From a virus (lineage: Duplodnaviria > Caudoviricetes), in the IMG/VR virus record IMGVR_UViG_3300047557_001236, positions 1 to 60,069 of that record: a DNA stretch of 60,069 nt; one strand, given 5' to 3'. Numbering within the stretch: position 1 is the stretch's first letter; every line of letters begins with the position of its first letter. Of the stretch, positions 8,073 through 17,300 are shown piece after piece. The notes under the pieces were generated by a model. That model did no database searches and was not told the DNA's origin. It worked only from the letters and a program-made list of their open reading frames with translations. The translations under genes and the position numbers were made by a program.

Positions 8073-9615
8073 TAACAAAGCAATTTTAATTACCACAAAA
8101 AGACCACATCTTGTAACTGAGTGTATTCCAAGAAGTCAGATAGTTGAGACTAATGGTGAGTTGCATAAAGTAGCGGTGCGGTGGGGTTTAGAAGAAGCAC
8201 AAGCATTATCTAAACTGAAAATTAAAAATGTGCCTTCTCCAATCCAACGGGACTATAAGTGGCCTGGTTTATTTAAACCAATGGATCATCAAAAAGAAAC
8301 AGCTAATTTTTTAACCCTTAATAAACGTGCCTTTTGCTTTAACGAGCAAGGTACTGGTAAAACCGCATCAGCTATTTGGGCGGCTGACTACCTAATGGAA
8401 ACCAAACGTGTATATCGTGCGTTAATTATTTGCCCTTTATCTATTATGCAGTCGGCTTGGCAGGCTGATTTATTTAAATTTGCCATGCATCGTAAAGTAG
8501 GTATTGCTTATGGTGATCGTGATAAAAGAAAAGCAGTTATTGAAAGTGATGCTCAATTTGTTATTATTAATTACGATGGCGTTGAAATCGTAGCCGACGA
8601 TATTGCAAAACAAAATTTTGACTTAATTATTGTCGATGAAGCAAACGCATATAAAACCATAACAACCAAGCGTTGGAAAACTCTTAACCGCATCCTGACC
8701 CCCCGAACTTGGCTATGGATGATGACGGGTACACCAGCAGCACAAAGCCCAACCGATGCGTTTGGCTTGGCAAAAATGGCAGTACCCGACAACGTTCCTA
8801 GGTTTTTCGGTGGATTTCGTGACCAAACTATGGTACAGATTACTAAGTTTAAATGGTTACCAAAACCCGACGCTGATAAAACTGTTTTTGATGCACTGCA
8901 ACCTGCAATCCGCTTTAGAAAAGAAGATTGCCTTGACCTACCGGAGGTGACATATGTTTTTCGGGACGCCCCCCTTACTGCGCAACAGAAGAAATACTAC
9001 AAAACCCTCAGAGACGAGTTCCTTATGGCAGCGGATGGGGAAGAAGTTAGTGCTGTTAATGCAGCGGTTAAGATTAATAAACTATTACAAATATCAGGAG
9101 GTGCTGTCTATTCTGATACCGGTGCTGTCGTTGAGTTTGATGTTAGTAATAGGTTACAAGTTATCACAGAGGTAATTGAAGAAGCAAGTCATAAGGTTCT
9201 TGTATTTGTGCCTTTCACTCATACAATAGAGTTGCTCAAAGACTATTTGAGAGGGGCAGGTATTAACTGTGAAATTATTAATGGGCAGGTTCCCGTAAAT
9301 AAGCGAACTGATATATTCAAGCGGTTTCAAGAAGAAAAAGATCCACGGGTGCTTTTAATTCAACCACAAGCAGCTGCACACGGAGTAACACTAACAGCTG
9401 CTGATACGATTATTTGGTACGCTCCAGTAACATCTATAGAAACCTACTTGCAAGCAAATGCACGTATTAATCGTCAAGGACAAAAAAATGCCATGACTAT
9501 TGTGCACATTAAGGGTAGTCCCGTAGAGACCAAACTATACAATATGCTGCAAAATAAGTTGGATGTGCATACAAAAATAATTGACTTGTACCGACAAGAA
9601 GTTGACGAAAAATAA
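8059..9615 (+). CDS. SNF2-family (SF2) helicase
   Basis: EQGTGKT, ICPLS, DEAN, MTGTP, HGVTL, QA.ARI.R.GQ. Confidence 0.92.
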   Translation: MEIIDNKAILITTKRPHLVTECIPRSQIVETNGELHKVAVRWGLEEAQALSKLKIKNVPSPIQRDYKWPGLFKPMDHQKETANFLTLNKRAFCFNEQGTGKTASAIWAADYLMETKRVYRALIICPLSIMQSAWQADLFKFAMHRKVGIAYGDRDKRKAVIESDAQFVIINYDGVEIVADDIAKQNFDLIIVDEANAYKTITTKRWKTLNRILTPRTWLWMMTGTPAAQSPTDAFGLAKMAVPDNVPRFFGGFRDQTMVQITKFKWLPKPDADKTVFDALQPAIRFRKEDCLDLPEVTYVFRDAPLTAQQKKYYKTLRDEFLMAADGEEVSAVNAAVKINKLLQISGGAVYSDTGAVVEFDVSNRLQVITEVIEEASHKVLVFVPFTHTIELLKDYLRGAGINCEIINGQVPVNKRTDIFKRFQEEKDPRVLLIQPQAAAHGVTLTAADTIIWYAPVTSIETYLQANARINRQGQKNAMTIVHIKGSPVETKLYNMLQNKLDVHTKIIDLYRQEVDEK

Positions 9616-9644
9616 TTGACATAGTAAAGTTGTAGTTGTAGTAT
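9616..9644 (+). promoter_or_regulatory. Sigma70-type promoter
   Basis: TTGACA (9616)-17 bp-TAGTAT (9639) in the gap before 9686. Confidence 0.75.
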
Positions 9645-9685
9645 TAATAAACGGGCTAAGACCCGATATAAATAAGGAAACTAAA

Positions 9686-10105
9686 ATGAACGATGCCGAA
9701 GCGGTAGTACAACCTGTCGTCGACGTTGACGAGTTAGTCAAGATCTATATCAAGATACGTGATGCTCGTGACCAAATCCGACGTGAACTAGAAGAAAAAG
9801 AAGCTGACCTCAATGAGCAGCTTGCCATTATTGAACAAGGATTACTTGAAGCATGCAAAGCAACTAATGCCGACAGCATTAAGACTAAACATGGGCTTGC
9901 CATGCGCTCAATCAAATCTCGTTACTGGACTAGTGACTGGGAGAGATTTTACGAATTTTTACACGAGCATGAAGCACCTGACTTGCTCGAGAAACGCATT
10001 CATCAATCCAATATGAAGCAGTTTTTGGAAGAGAATCCGGATTTGCATCCCGCCGGTTTAAATGTGGATCGCACATACGCAATTACTGTTAGGAGAAGCA
10101 AATGA
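9686..10105 (+). CDS. Hypothetical replication-module protein (coiled coil)
   Basis: SD AAGGA; located between the helicase and the SSB-like gene. Confidence 0.7.
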   Translation: MNDAEAVVQPVVDVDELVKIYIKIRDARDQIRRELEEKEADLNEQLAIIEQGLLEACKATNADSIKTKHGLAMRSIKSRYWTSDWERFYEFLHEHEAPDLLEKRIHQSNMKQFLEENPDLHPAGLNVDRTYAITVRRSK

Positions 10106-10998
10106 GTAACGTCGCCTTATTTAATAACCAAATGCCCGACTACCTTAAGGAAGTCGAACTTGATGATGTAACCAAAGCCCTATCGGGTGGCGGTTCGCAA
10201 GTTAAGCGTATTGCGCTTGGCAATAACAAATTTGTGCTTAAAGTTGATGGTACTGAAGTATCCAAGACCAACACGGATAAGCTAGAAGTTGTTATTGTTA
10301 ACGCTTCTAAACATATCTCAAGAACATTTTATGCGAAAGCATGGGATCCTAAAGCCGATGCAGCACCGCCTGATTGCTGGTCTAACGATGGTGAGAAACC
10401 CGACCCATCTGTGAAGAGCCCACAGAGTGCAACTTGTATGGGATGCCCTCAAGATATTAATGGTTCTGGGCAGGGTAATACCAAAGCATGCCGTAAAAAT
10501 CGTCGTATTGCAGTAGCACTAGCAGGTGATTTAGGGGGTGACGTCTATCAAATGACGCTTCAATCCAAGTCAATCTTCTATGACATGAAAGACCCTGGTG
10601 ATTTAGATCATATGCCGTTTAATCAGTACGCTAAATATGTTGGCTCACAAGGCTACAATTTAAATAGCTTAGTTACTGAAATGCGGTTTGATGAAGATTC
10701 AACTGTTGGCAAACTGTTCTTTAGACCAGTGCGTTTCTTAGAGCGTCATGAATGGGATCAAGCTAAAAAACTTGGCGAAACCCCAGCTGCTAAGAACGCA
10801 ATCACAATGACTGTAGCACAGGCAGATGGACTAAAACCTAAACTAGCTGCACCAGCAAAAGCTGAAGTTGGTAGCGTATTTGTAGAGGCTGAGGCTGTTC
10901 CTGAACCCAAAAAACGGGAAGAGAAAAAAGAAACACCTACTCCAAAACGAGACTTAAAAGCAGTTATGAGCGGATGGTCTACTGACGACGAAGCATGA
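10102..10998 (+). CDS. Putative ssDNA-binding/annealing protein
   Basis: Replication context, Cys cluster PDCWS...CxxCP...C, acidic tip WSTDDEA; function inferred. Confidence 0.5.
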   Translation: MSNVALFNNQMPDYLKEVELDDVTKALSGGGSQVKRIALGNNKFVLKVDGTEVSKTNTDKLEVVIVNASKHISRTFYAKAWDPKADAAPPDCWSNDGEKPDPSVKSPQSATCMGCPQDINGSGQGNTKACRKNRRIAVALAGDLGGDVYQMTLQSKSIFYDMKDPGDLDHMPFNQYAKYVGSQGYNLNSLVTEMRFDEDSTVGKLFFRPVRFLERHEWDQAKKLGETPAAKNAITMTVAQADGLKPKLAAPAKAEVGSVFVEAEAVPEPKKREEKKETPTPKRDLKAVMSGWSTDDEA

Positions 10999-11222
10999 GT
11001 TTAAGAGGTTATAGTTTACGTCTTGTTGATGCAATAAAAGCTGCGAACCCTCGGCATCCCGGGGTTCGTCTTGGCAAATATTGCATTGCTAAAGGTATAC
11101 CGGTAAACCAAATGGCGAAACGCTTTGGTGTATCTCGAATGACGATGTACACCTGGTTTACTGGTACTGGAGTGCCACGCAAAGATAAGATCAAACTAAT
11201 TGAAGAACTATTAAGTAGTTAA
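10995..11222 (+). CDS. Cro/XRE-like HTH protein
   Basis: VNQMAKRFGVSRMTMYTWFTG helix-turn-helix pattern. Confidence 0.8.
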   Translation: MSLRGYSLRLVDAIKAANPRHPGVRLGKYCIAKGIPVNQMAKRFGVSRMTMYTWFTGTGVPRKDKIKLIEELLSS

Positions 11223-11230
11223 CGTCTACG

Positions 11231-11300
11231 GGGGCAGCTAGCTCGACGGAGCGAACTGGGATATTGCCGAATCCCTTGCTGCCCTTATTTTTTCGGTGTT
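11231..11300 (+). promoter_or_regulatory. Candidate structured RNA leader (three-way junction) upstream of primase-helicase
   Basis: GGGCAGC/GCTGCCC closing stem, GCTC-GACG-GAGC and GGGAT-N8-ATCCC hairpins, T-rich tract, then SD GAGGA. Confidence 0.5.
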
Positions 11301-11308
11301 GAGGAACT

Positions 11309-14137
11309 ATGGCAACAACAGATTTGTTATCAGCAGTATTAGCACCCGAGGGGGAGGGATGGTACTGCATAGTAGGACTACGACAAGACGGCTCAAAACC
11401 ACCTAAACAATCTTTTCATCAGACCTTAGCTGAAATAGATACAAAAGTTAGCGAGTTGGTGGATGATAAGTACGATGTGTATTTTGCATGCTCTAAGTTT
11501 ATAGATCCACAAAATGGCAGGATCCAACCCAACGCAAACATAATCAAAGCATTTTGGCTTGACGTTGATTGTGGTGAGGGTAAACCCTATGCAAATCAAA
11601 TTGATGGTTTATATGCCCTCAAAGCATTTTGCAAAAAGATTAAGATGCCGTTACCGACTGTGGTTAATTCCGGTCGAGGCGTGCATGCTTACTGGAGATT
11701 AACTTCTGTAATAGACCGAGCACAATGGAAGCCCGTAGCCGAGCGCATTAAAGCTCTGTGCGAAGAACATGAGTTTGCGGCTGACCCATCACGGACCGCA
11801 GATAACGCATCTATTTTACGTGTACCAGAAACTTTTAATTTCAAGGACGAGCCGCCGTTACATGTAACAATTTTGGGTATCCAACCTGAAGTTGATTACG
11901 AGCTTATTAAGCAAACCATCGGCGTATTAGTTGCACCTGACTGGGTGCCTAGGCAATATAGCGAGTCGGCTTTATCACTTTTAGGTAATAAGCAAAGCAG
12001 GTTTAAGACCATCATCATGAAGACCATGAATGGTCAGGGCTGCGCTCAAATAGAAAATATTGCAGTAAATCAAGATACTATTGAAGAACCATTATGGAGA
12101 GCAGGGCTGTCAATAGCGGCAGTCTGCGTAGACCGAGATGAAGCTATTCACAAAATTTCAGAGGGGCACCCCGAATATACGCCAGAGAACACTGAACGCA
12201 AGGCTAATAAGACAAATGGCCCTTACACTTGCCAGACATTCGAAAAGCTCAACCCTAGCGGATGCGAAGGATGTCAGCACAAGGGAAAGATCTCATCGCC
12301 CGTGCAACTTGGATCGGAGATTGCAGCTGCGGAAGATAATATCATTGTCGAAAAAACAGAGACTGGTCAAGAAGAGACTTTTGAAATACCACCGTATCCG
12401 TATCCGTATTTTAGAGGTAAAAATGGCGGCGTCTACATCGAAATAAAAGAAGACGAAGATACGGTTGATGCTAGAAATATATACGAGCACGACCTATATA
12501 TAGTTAAGCGCTTACACGACCCAGCCAAAGGCGAGTCAATTTGGTTAAGGTTGCATTTACCAAGAGACGGAGTCAAAGAATTTGCAATGCCGACATCGGA
12601 TGTAATGACGATTGAGCGGCTACGGGAAAGGCTTGGCTTTCATGGCGTTATAGCGCCCAAGAAACAGATGGATGCAATTATGAGTTATGTAATTGCGTCG
12701 GCTAAAAACTTACAACATTCCATGGAGTTAGAAGTTATGCGTAATCAATTTGGTTGGACTGACAAAGATAAAAAATTCATTATAGGAGAACAAGAGGTGT
12801 CTGCAGAAAAAGTAGCTTATAGTCCCCCATCCGTAGCCACTGGTTCATTGGCCGACCATTTAAAACCTGCTGGTAGTTTTGAAGCTTGGCAAAAAATTAC
12901 TAAAGTTTATGACACACCAGGTTTTGAGCCGCATGCGTTTGGCTTTTTTACTGCTTTTGGCGCTCCGCTACTTAAGCACCTCAAACTTAAAGGTGCCATC
13001 ATTAACTTGGTAAACAATACTTCCGGTACAGGTAAGTCAACTATCCTTAAGATGTGCAATAGCGTCTGGGGGCATCCTGAAGAACTAATGCTTCAATGGA
13101 AAGACACCATGAACTCTATGATTCACCGTCTTGGGGTTATGAATAATTTACCCGTGACTATTGACGAAGTTACCAAAATGAGCGGCGATCACTTTTCAGA
13201 CCTGCTTTATGCTGCATCGCAAGGTAGGGGCAAGAACCGCATGAAACAGCATGAGAACGTCGAACGTGCAAATGCCACCAAGTGGGGCACCATTGTATTG
13301 ACCAGCTCAAATGCATCGTTTTATGACAAGCTAGCTACCCTTAAAGCTACTCCTGATGGCGAGTTTATGCGTCTGTTGGAGTACAAAATTGAACTAACCG
13401 GTAATTTATCTAAGCAAGAAGCCGAAGAGATATTTAATGCGCTATATGACAACTATGGACACGCAGGCGTTAAGTATGCCCAATACTTAGTAAGTGACTT
13501 AGAAGGCGCTATGGACCTCGTAATGCAGGTTCAGCAGCGTTTAGATAAGGCAGTTGACATGAGCAACCGTGAGCGATTCTGGTCAGCTGTGGCGGCTTGC
13601 AACATAGCTGGTGCTTTAATTGCTAAAGATTTAGGGATTATTGACTTTGACATTCTTAGGGTTTACGAGTGGATTGTTAAAGAACTCAAAGTCATGCGGC
13701 ATGAAATTAAGGCGCCTACCGTTGGCACTATAGATGCAATTAGTGAGTTTATTAACGAACACCGTGGCTCTGTATTAGTTATCAATGACGAGGTCGACAA
13801 CCGTACGGGTATGGAGCAACTGCCAATTGTAGAACCAAGATTAGACAAGTTATACATCCGTATCGAGCCTGATACTAAAGAGATGTACATTAACGCTAAG
13901 CAATTCAGAAAGTATTGCACCGACAATCAGATTACTTTAAAAGACGTCCTTGCCGCATTGCAGGCAGATAAGGCATACCTAGGTATTAAGAAAAAACGCA
14001 TCTCCAAGGGTACTAAGATTAAGTCTGGAGCTATAGATTGCTTTGCTTTTGACCTGTCGGCTAAGTGTTTTGAAGAGGAGCACTTGATTGATATAACGGC
14101 TGAAGATGCTGATACACGGGCTCAACTTTCAAGTTAA
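11309..14137 (+). CDS. Primase-helicase (AEP-type primase + DUF927-like + P-loop helicase)
   Basis: WLDVD and SGRGVHAYW primase motifs, Cys cluster, QFGW, Walker A SGTGKST, Walker B VTIDE. Confidence 0.85.
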   Translation: MATTDLLSAVLAPEGEGWYCIVGLRQDGSKPPKQSFHQTLAEIDTKVSELVDDKYDVYFACSKFIDPQNGRIQPNANIIKAFWLDVDCGEGKPYANQIDGLYALKAFCKKIKMPLPTVVNSGRGVHAYWRLTSVIDRAQWKPVAERIKALCEEHEFAADPSRTADNASILRVPETFNFKDEPPLHVTILGIQPEVDYELIKQTIGVLVAPDWVPRQYSESALSLLGNKQSRFKTIIMKTMNGQGCAQIENIAVNQDTIEEPLWRAGLSIAAVCVDRDEAIHKISEGHPEYTPENTERKANKTNGPYTCQTFEKLNPSGCEGCQHKGKISSPVQLGSEIAAAEDNIIVEKTETGQEETFEIPPYPYPYFRGKNGGVYIEIKEDEDTVDARNIYEHDLYIVKRLHDPAKGESIWLRLHLPRDGVKEFAMPTSDVMTIERLRERLGFHGVIAPKKQMDAIMSYVIASAKNLQHSMELEVMRNQFGWTDKDKKFIIGEQEVSAEKVAYSPPSVATGSLADHLKPAGSFEAWQKITKVYDTPGFEPHAFGFFTAFGAPLLKHLKLKGAIINLVNNTSGTGKSTILKMCNSVWGHPEELMLQWKDTMNSMIHRLGVMNNLPVTIDEVTKMSGDHFSDLLYAASQGRGKNRMKQHENVERANATKWGTIVLTSSNASFYDKLATLKATPDGEFMRLLEYKIELTGNLSKQEAEEIFNALYDNYGHAGVKYAQYLVSDLEGAMDLVMQVQQRLDKAVDMSNRERFWSAVAACNIAGALIAKDLGIIDFDILRVYEWIVKELKVMRHEIKAPTVGTIDAISEFINEHRGSVLVINDEVDNRTGMEQLPIVEPRLDKLYIRIEPDTKEMYINAKQFRKYCTDNQITLKDVLAALQADKAYLGIKKKRISKGTKIKSGAIDCFAFDLSAKCFEEEHLIDITAEDADTRAQLSS

Positions 14138-14303
14138 TTGGAAAAATTTTGTGGTCGGGTCGTCTTTTTTTATTCCTTGTTTGGATACAGATGAGGCTTT
14201 AAATCAAGTACTTAGGACTACAAAACGCCTTGGATATACCGTAAAAACCCGCACTGTTGTGGAAAAGGGGATCAATGGCTTGCGAGTATGGCGGATTAAG
14301 TAG
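14106..14303 (+). CDS. Small hypothetical protein
   Basis: VGSSFFIP...GLRVWR pattern of small phage proteins; last gene before the terminator. Confidence 0.7.
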   Translation: MLIHGLNFQVNWKNFVVGSSFFIPCLDTDEALNQVLRTTKRLGYTVKTRTVVEKGINGLRVWRIK

Positions 14304-14363
14304 TATTATGTAGTCGTAGCCGATGGCTACTTCATTTGTTTCCTTGTTGATTACAACACTTTA

Positions 14364-14388
14364 CCCCCGCTACGGCGGGGGCTTTTTT
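14364..14388 (+). terminator. Intrinsic terminator at the convergence of the two arms
   Basis: CCCCCGC-TACG-GCGGGGG then TTTTTT (UNCG loop). Confidence 0.9.
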
Positions 14389-17300
14389 AGTCGTTTGGAT
14401 CGCCGTAGTCGTTTAGTTCTGATAGCTGCCCAATAAGTTTTTTATTAAGTGGCATACCACCATTAGCCTCAGCTAAAGCTCTTTGCTTGTACCGAGACGT
14501 TACAGAACGGCTTAAGTTTTTGCCATTTATGGCAGCCCCAGGATTAGCTGCATTAAAGTTGCTAATTTTATCAAGGGTTTCTTCAACTAAATCAGAATCT
14601 CCATTATCTATACCCATAAAAAACGCATCTAGCAAAGCCTGCCTGCGATTTAATATCTTTTGCTCAATGGTCTTCATCTCAATATTAGATTTTTGACGTT
14701 GAGCTAAACGCTCTGGGGTAAAGCCTAATAATTGAACGCCGGCTTCATATCCAGTAACGTCGCCTAAAAGCTCATTACCTTTTAATGTAGTGGCACGACC
14801 TTCACTTGCAAGGCGAATACTCTTTAGAGCATTTTTAAGAAATGCTGGTGAGCCAGTTTCAAAAGCCCTTTCAATATGTCCACTGTTATATTGTTTAACG
14901 GCTTCAAGCCCATTAATAGCTAACCCAGCTGAAGGACCTAAGAAGTTAAATACCATGTCTTTAAACGTAGCAACTTCATCTGGGCTATATCTAATATCCC
15001 TAAACCACATGTCATTTAAGCTTAAGCGGCTAGCAAGGTCTCCGCCAAGCACTTGGGATGCTACACCACGGGATATTGAATCACCAACAAAACCACCAAA
15101 GGTTTCATTGCACCAGTTTTTAAACCAGTTTTCAAAGTCCCACTCCTCTTCGTCATCGCCAAATACTGATTGCAGGGCATTAGCTACACCAGCTACAGCC
15201 CACCATAAGGGTAAACCTCCAGCCCCCGCAAACACTGCGGTCATACCTAAAGTGCCAAATAGTCTATTACGAGCTTCTATTTGCACGTCTGCAATAAATT
15301 GATCTACAGCCGCATCAAGTTCTGTTTCTGTAAGTGGGGGTAAATCAGGTGTATTTTGCCTACGATCTTGCCTAATCATGTCGGCTATATCTTTATACAT
15401 GTTAAGCCTAGGATCATCTGGATCTAATCTTTGTATTTCTTTTCGTTGGGCAGTAGTAAGAACGCTTCTTTGCCATTCATATACACTTCTTGCCAACAAA
15501 TAAGTCATCTGCTGAGCAAACTGTTTAAATTGGAAAATAACTTTGGCATAAGCGGGTTGGAACCAACGAGGTTTGTTTAACGTTGAATAGTCAAACATAG
15601 CTTTATAGGTAAGCTCTTTAGTTACCTCAATTGCTTTATTAAAAGCAGCTTCGTCTGCATAACCATCTTTTTTAGCTTTTTCATAAGCCATGTCAAACAC
15701 GCTCATGCCTACAACTTCACGGTTAAATTTCTCAGCTCCATGGAACAAGCCGCTTAACCATTTCATAGCAGTGTGTGATTTGCCAGTGTACAAATTAGAC
15801 GGCGCTTCAGCCATGCCAACTATATCGTGAGACAAAGTAATATCAAATAGTCCATCGACTACAAGTTTGTCATATGCACGTTGTTGTAGTGGAGTTAATA
15901 CGCCGTCTTTGTTATTTAACGACGGGAATGCAACATTACCTTCTTTATCTCTGAATCCAGCACTGGCAAACTTTTTAGCCATTTCAGCCATTTTTGCTGC
16001 TGTTTTTGTGTTGCCATATCTTGCACCTACTACTGGCATACCGACTGCCACAACACCTAGCATATTGACTAATGCCGACGCAGGTGAAGTCATATACCAA
16101 ATAAATGAGGCATTTGATAAAAATGCGGGTAAACCCCCAGTATCGGTTGGGTTCATTATGTATTTAAGGCGTTTTTCTAGTTCGGCTACGTACTCTTGGT
16201 CAATCTTGCCTTCTCTGCCGCCTTTAAATTTAGTAACAGCTTCTTTAGCAGTAGCTAAATCATCAAACATACCACGGCTAAATTTGTACCTAGAATGCTG
16301 ATACGACATGTGAAAAGCCGAAGACGTAAACGCACGAAGCATATCAAGTTCCATACCAGGTGTGCCTTTACGACGTATAAACATTTTACGTACGCTTTGG
16401 TCTGGTAGGGTAAGGAAATACAGCTGCTCAAGGTTTTCCTCGATATTATTTTTAAGTGCTTCATTAGACTCGCCTTTGCCAGACCGAACAATATTCTTTA
16501 GCTCTTCTAAAAAAGTAAAGTCACGCATGTTTTCGTTAACCAGATCTTGAATTTGGTTACGAGGTTTAACCTCATTGTCTAAAAGTTTGCGCCCTAAGCT
16601 TTTTTCTAGTTCAGCTTTACGCTTTGCTATGAATCTATTGCGTTGACCGGCGCTTTCAAACATATAAAATTCTTTTTGGTTGCCCTCTAAAAACTGCACT
16701 GAGAAACGACCAAAGCGGCGAATTGGAAAGTACACATCTATTTTGTGTTTAGCAAAGTATTCTTTTACTTTACTTATATCTTCTAAGGCGTCTTGATATG
16801 CTTTTGCGCTTACTCCAGTTGGATCTTGAAGTAACAAGTCGTTATAGTGGGTATCAGCAAGCGTGCCTTTTCTACCAATATCAGTTGGGCTTTGACTAAG
16901 AAGTTTGGTTTCTTTATCGTATTCAGCTTTTTGTCTTATTTTGTCACCAACAGTTCTGTATTGAGCACGTTTATTTTCAGTAATACTTTCAACATAGTCG
17001 GCTAAGCTGTCTTTATAAAAATCACGTACTTGTCTATAAATGGCACGTCCTTCGTCATCAAGTTTTTTCCATGCAGCATCAACTTCAGCCCTATACGTTG
17101 GTCCCTTATCGGGATCTTTATTAATTGAATACCTTGCACCTAGTTTAGATATATAAGCTGGGCGATCATCTAACGTAACGTCAATCATTAATTTGTTAAG
17201 CAACATGGCTAGCTCAGGATGATCTTTTTGCCAGTTTTGCCATTTCAATGCAATCTTCCTTACTTTTTCAAGGCGTTGATTACGATCGTCCAGCATACCT

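Noticed and set aside
11231-11290. Hammerhead ribozyme resemblance
   Set aside because: Lacks the CUGANGA core and has GAAC instead of GAAA.
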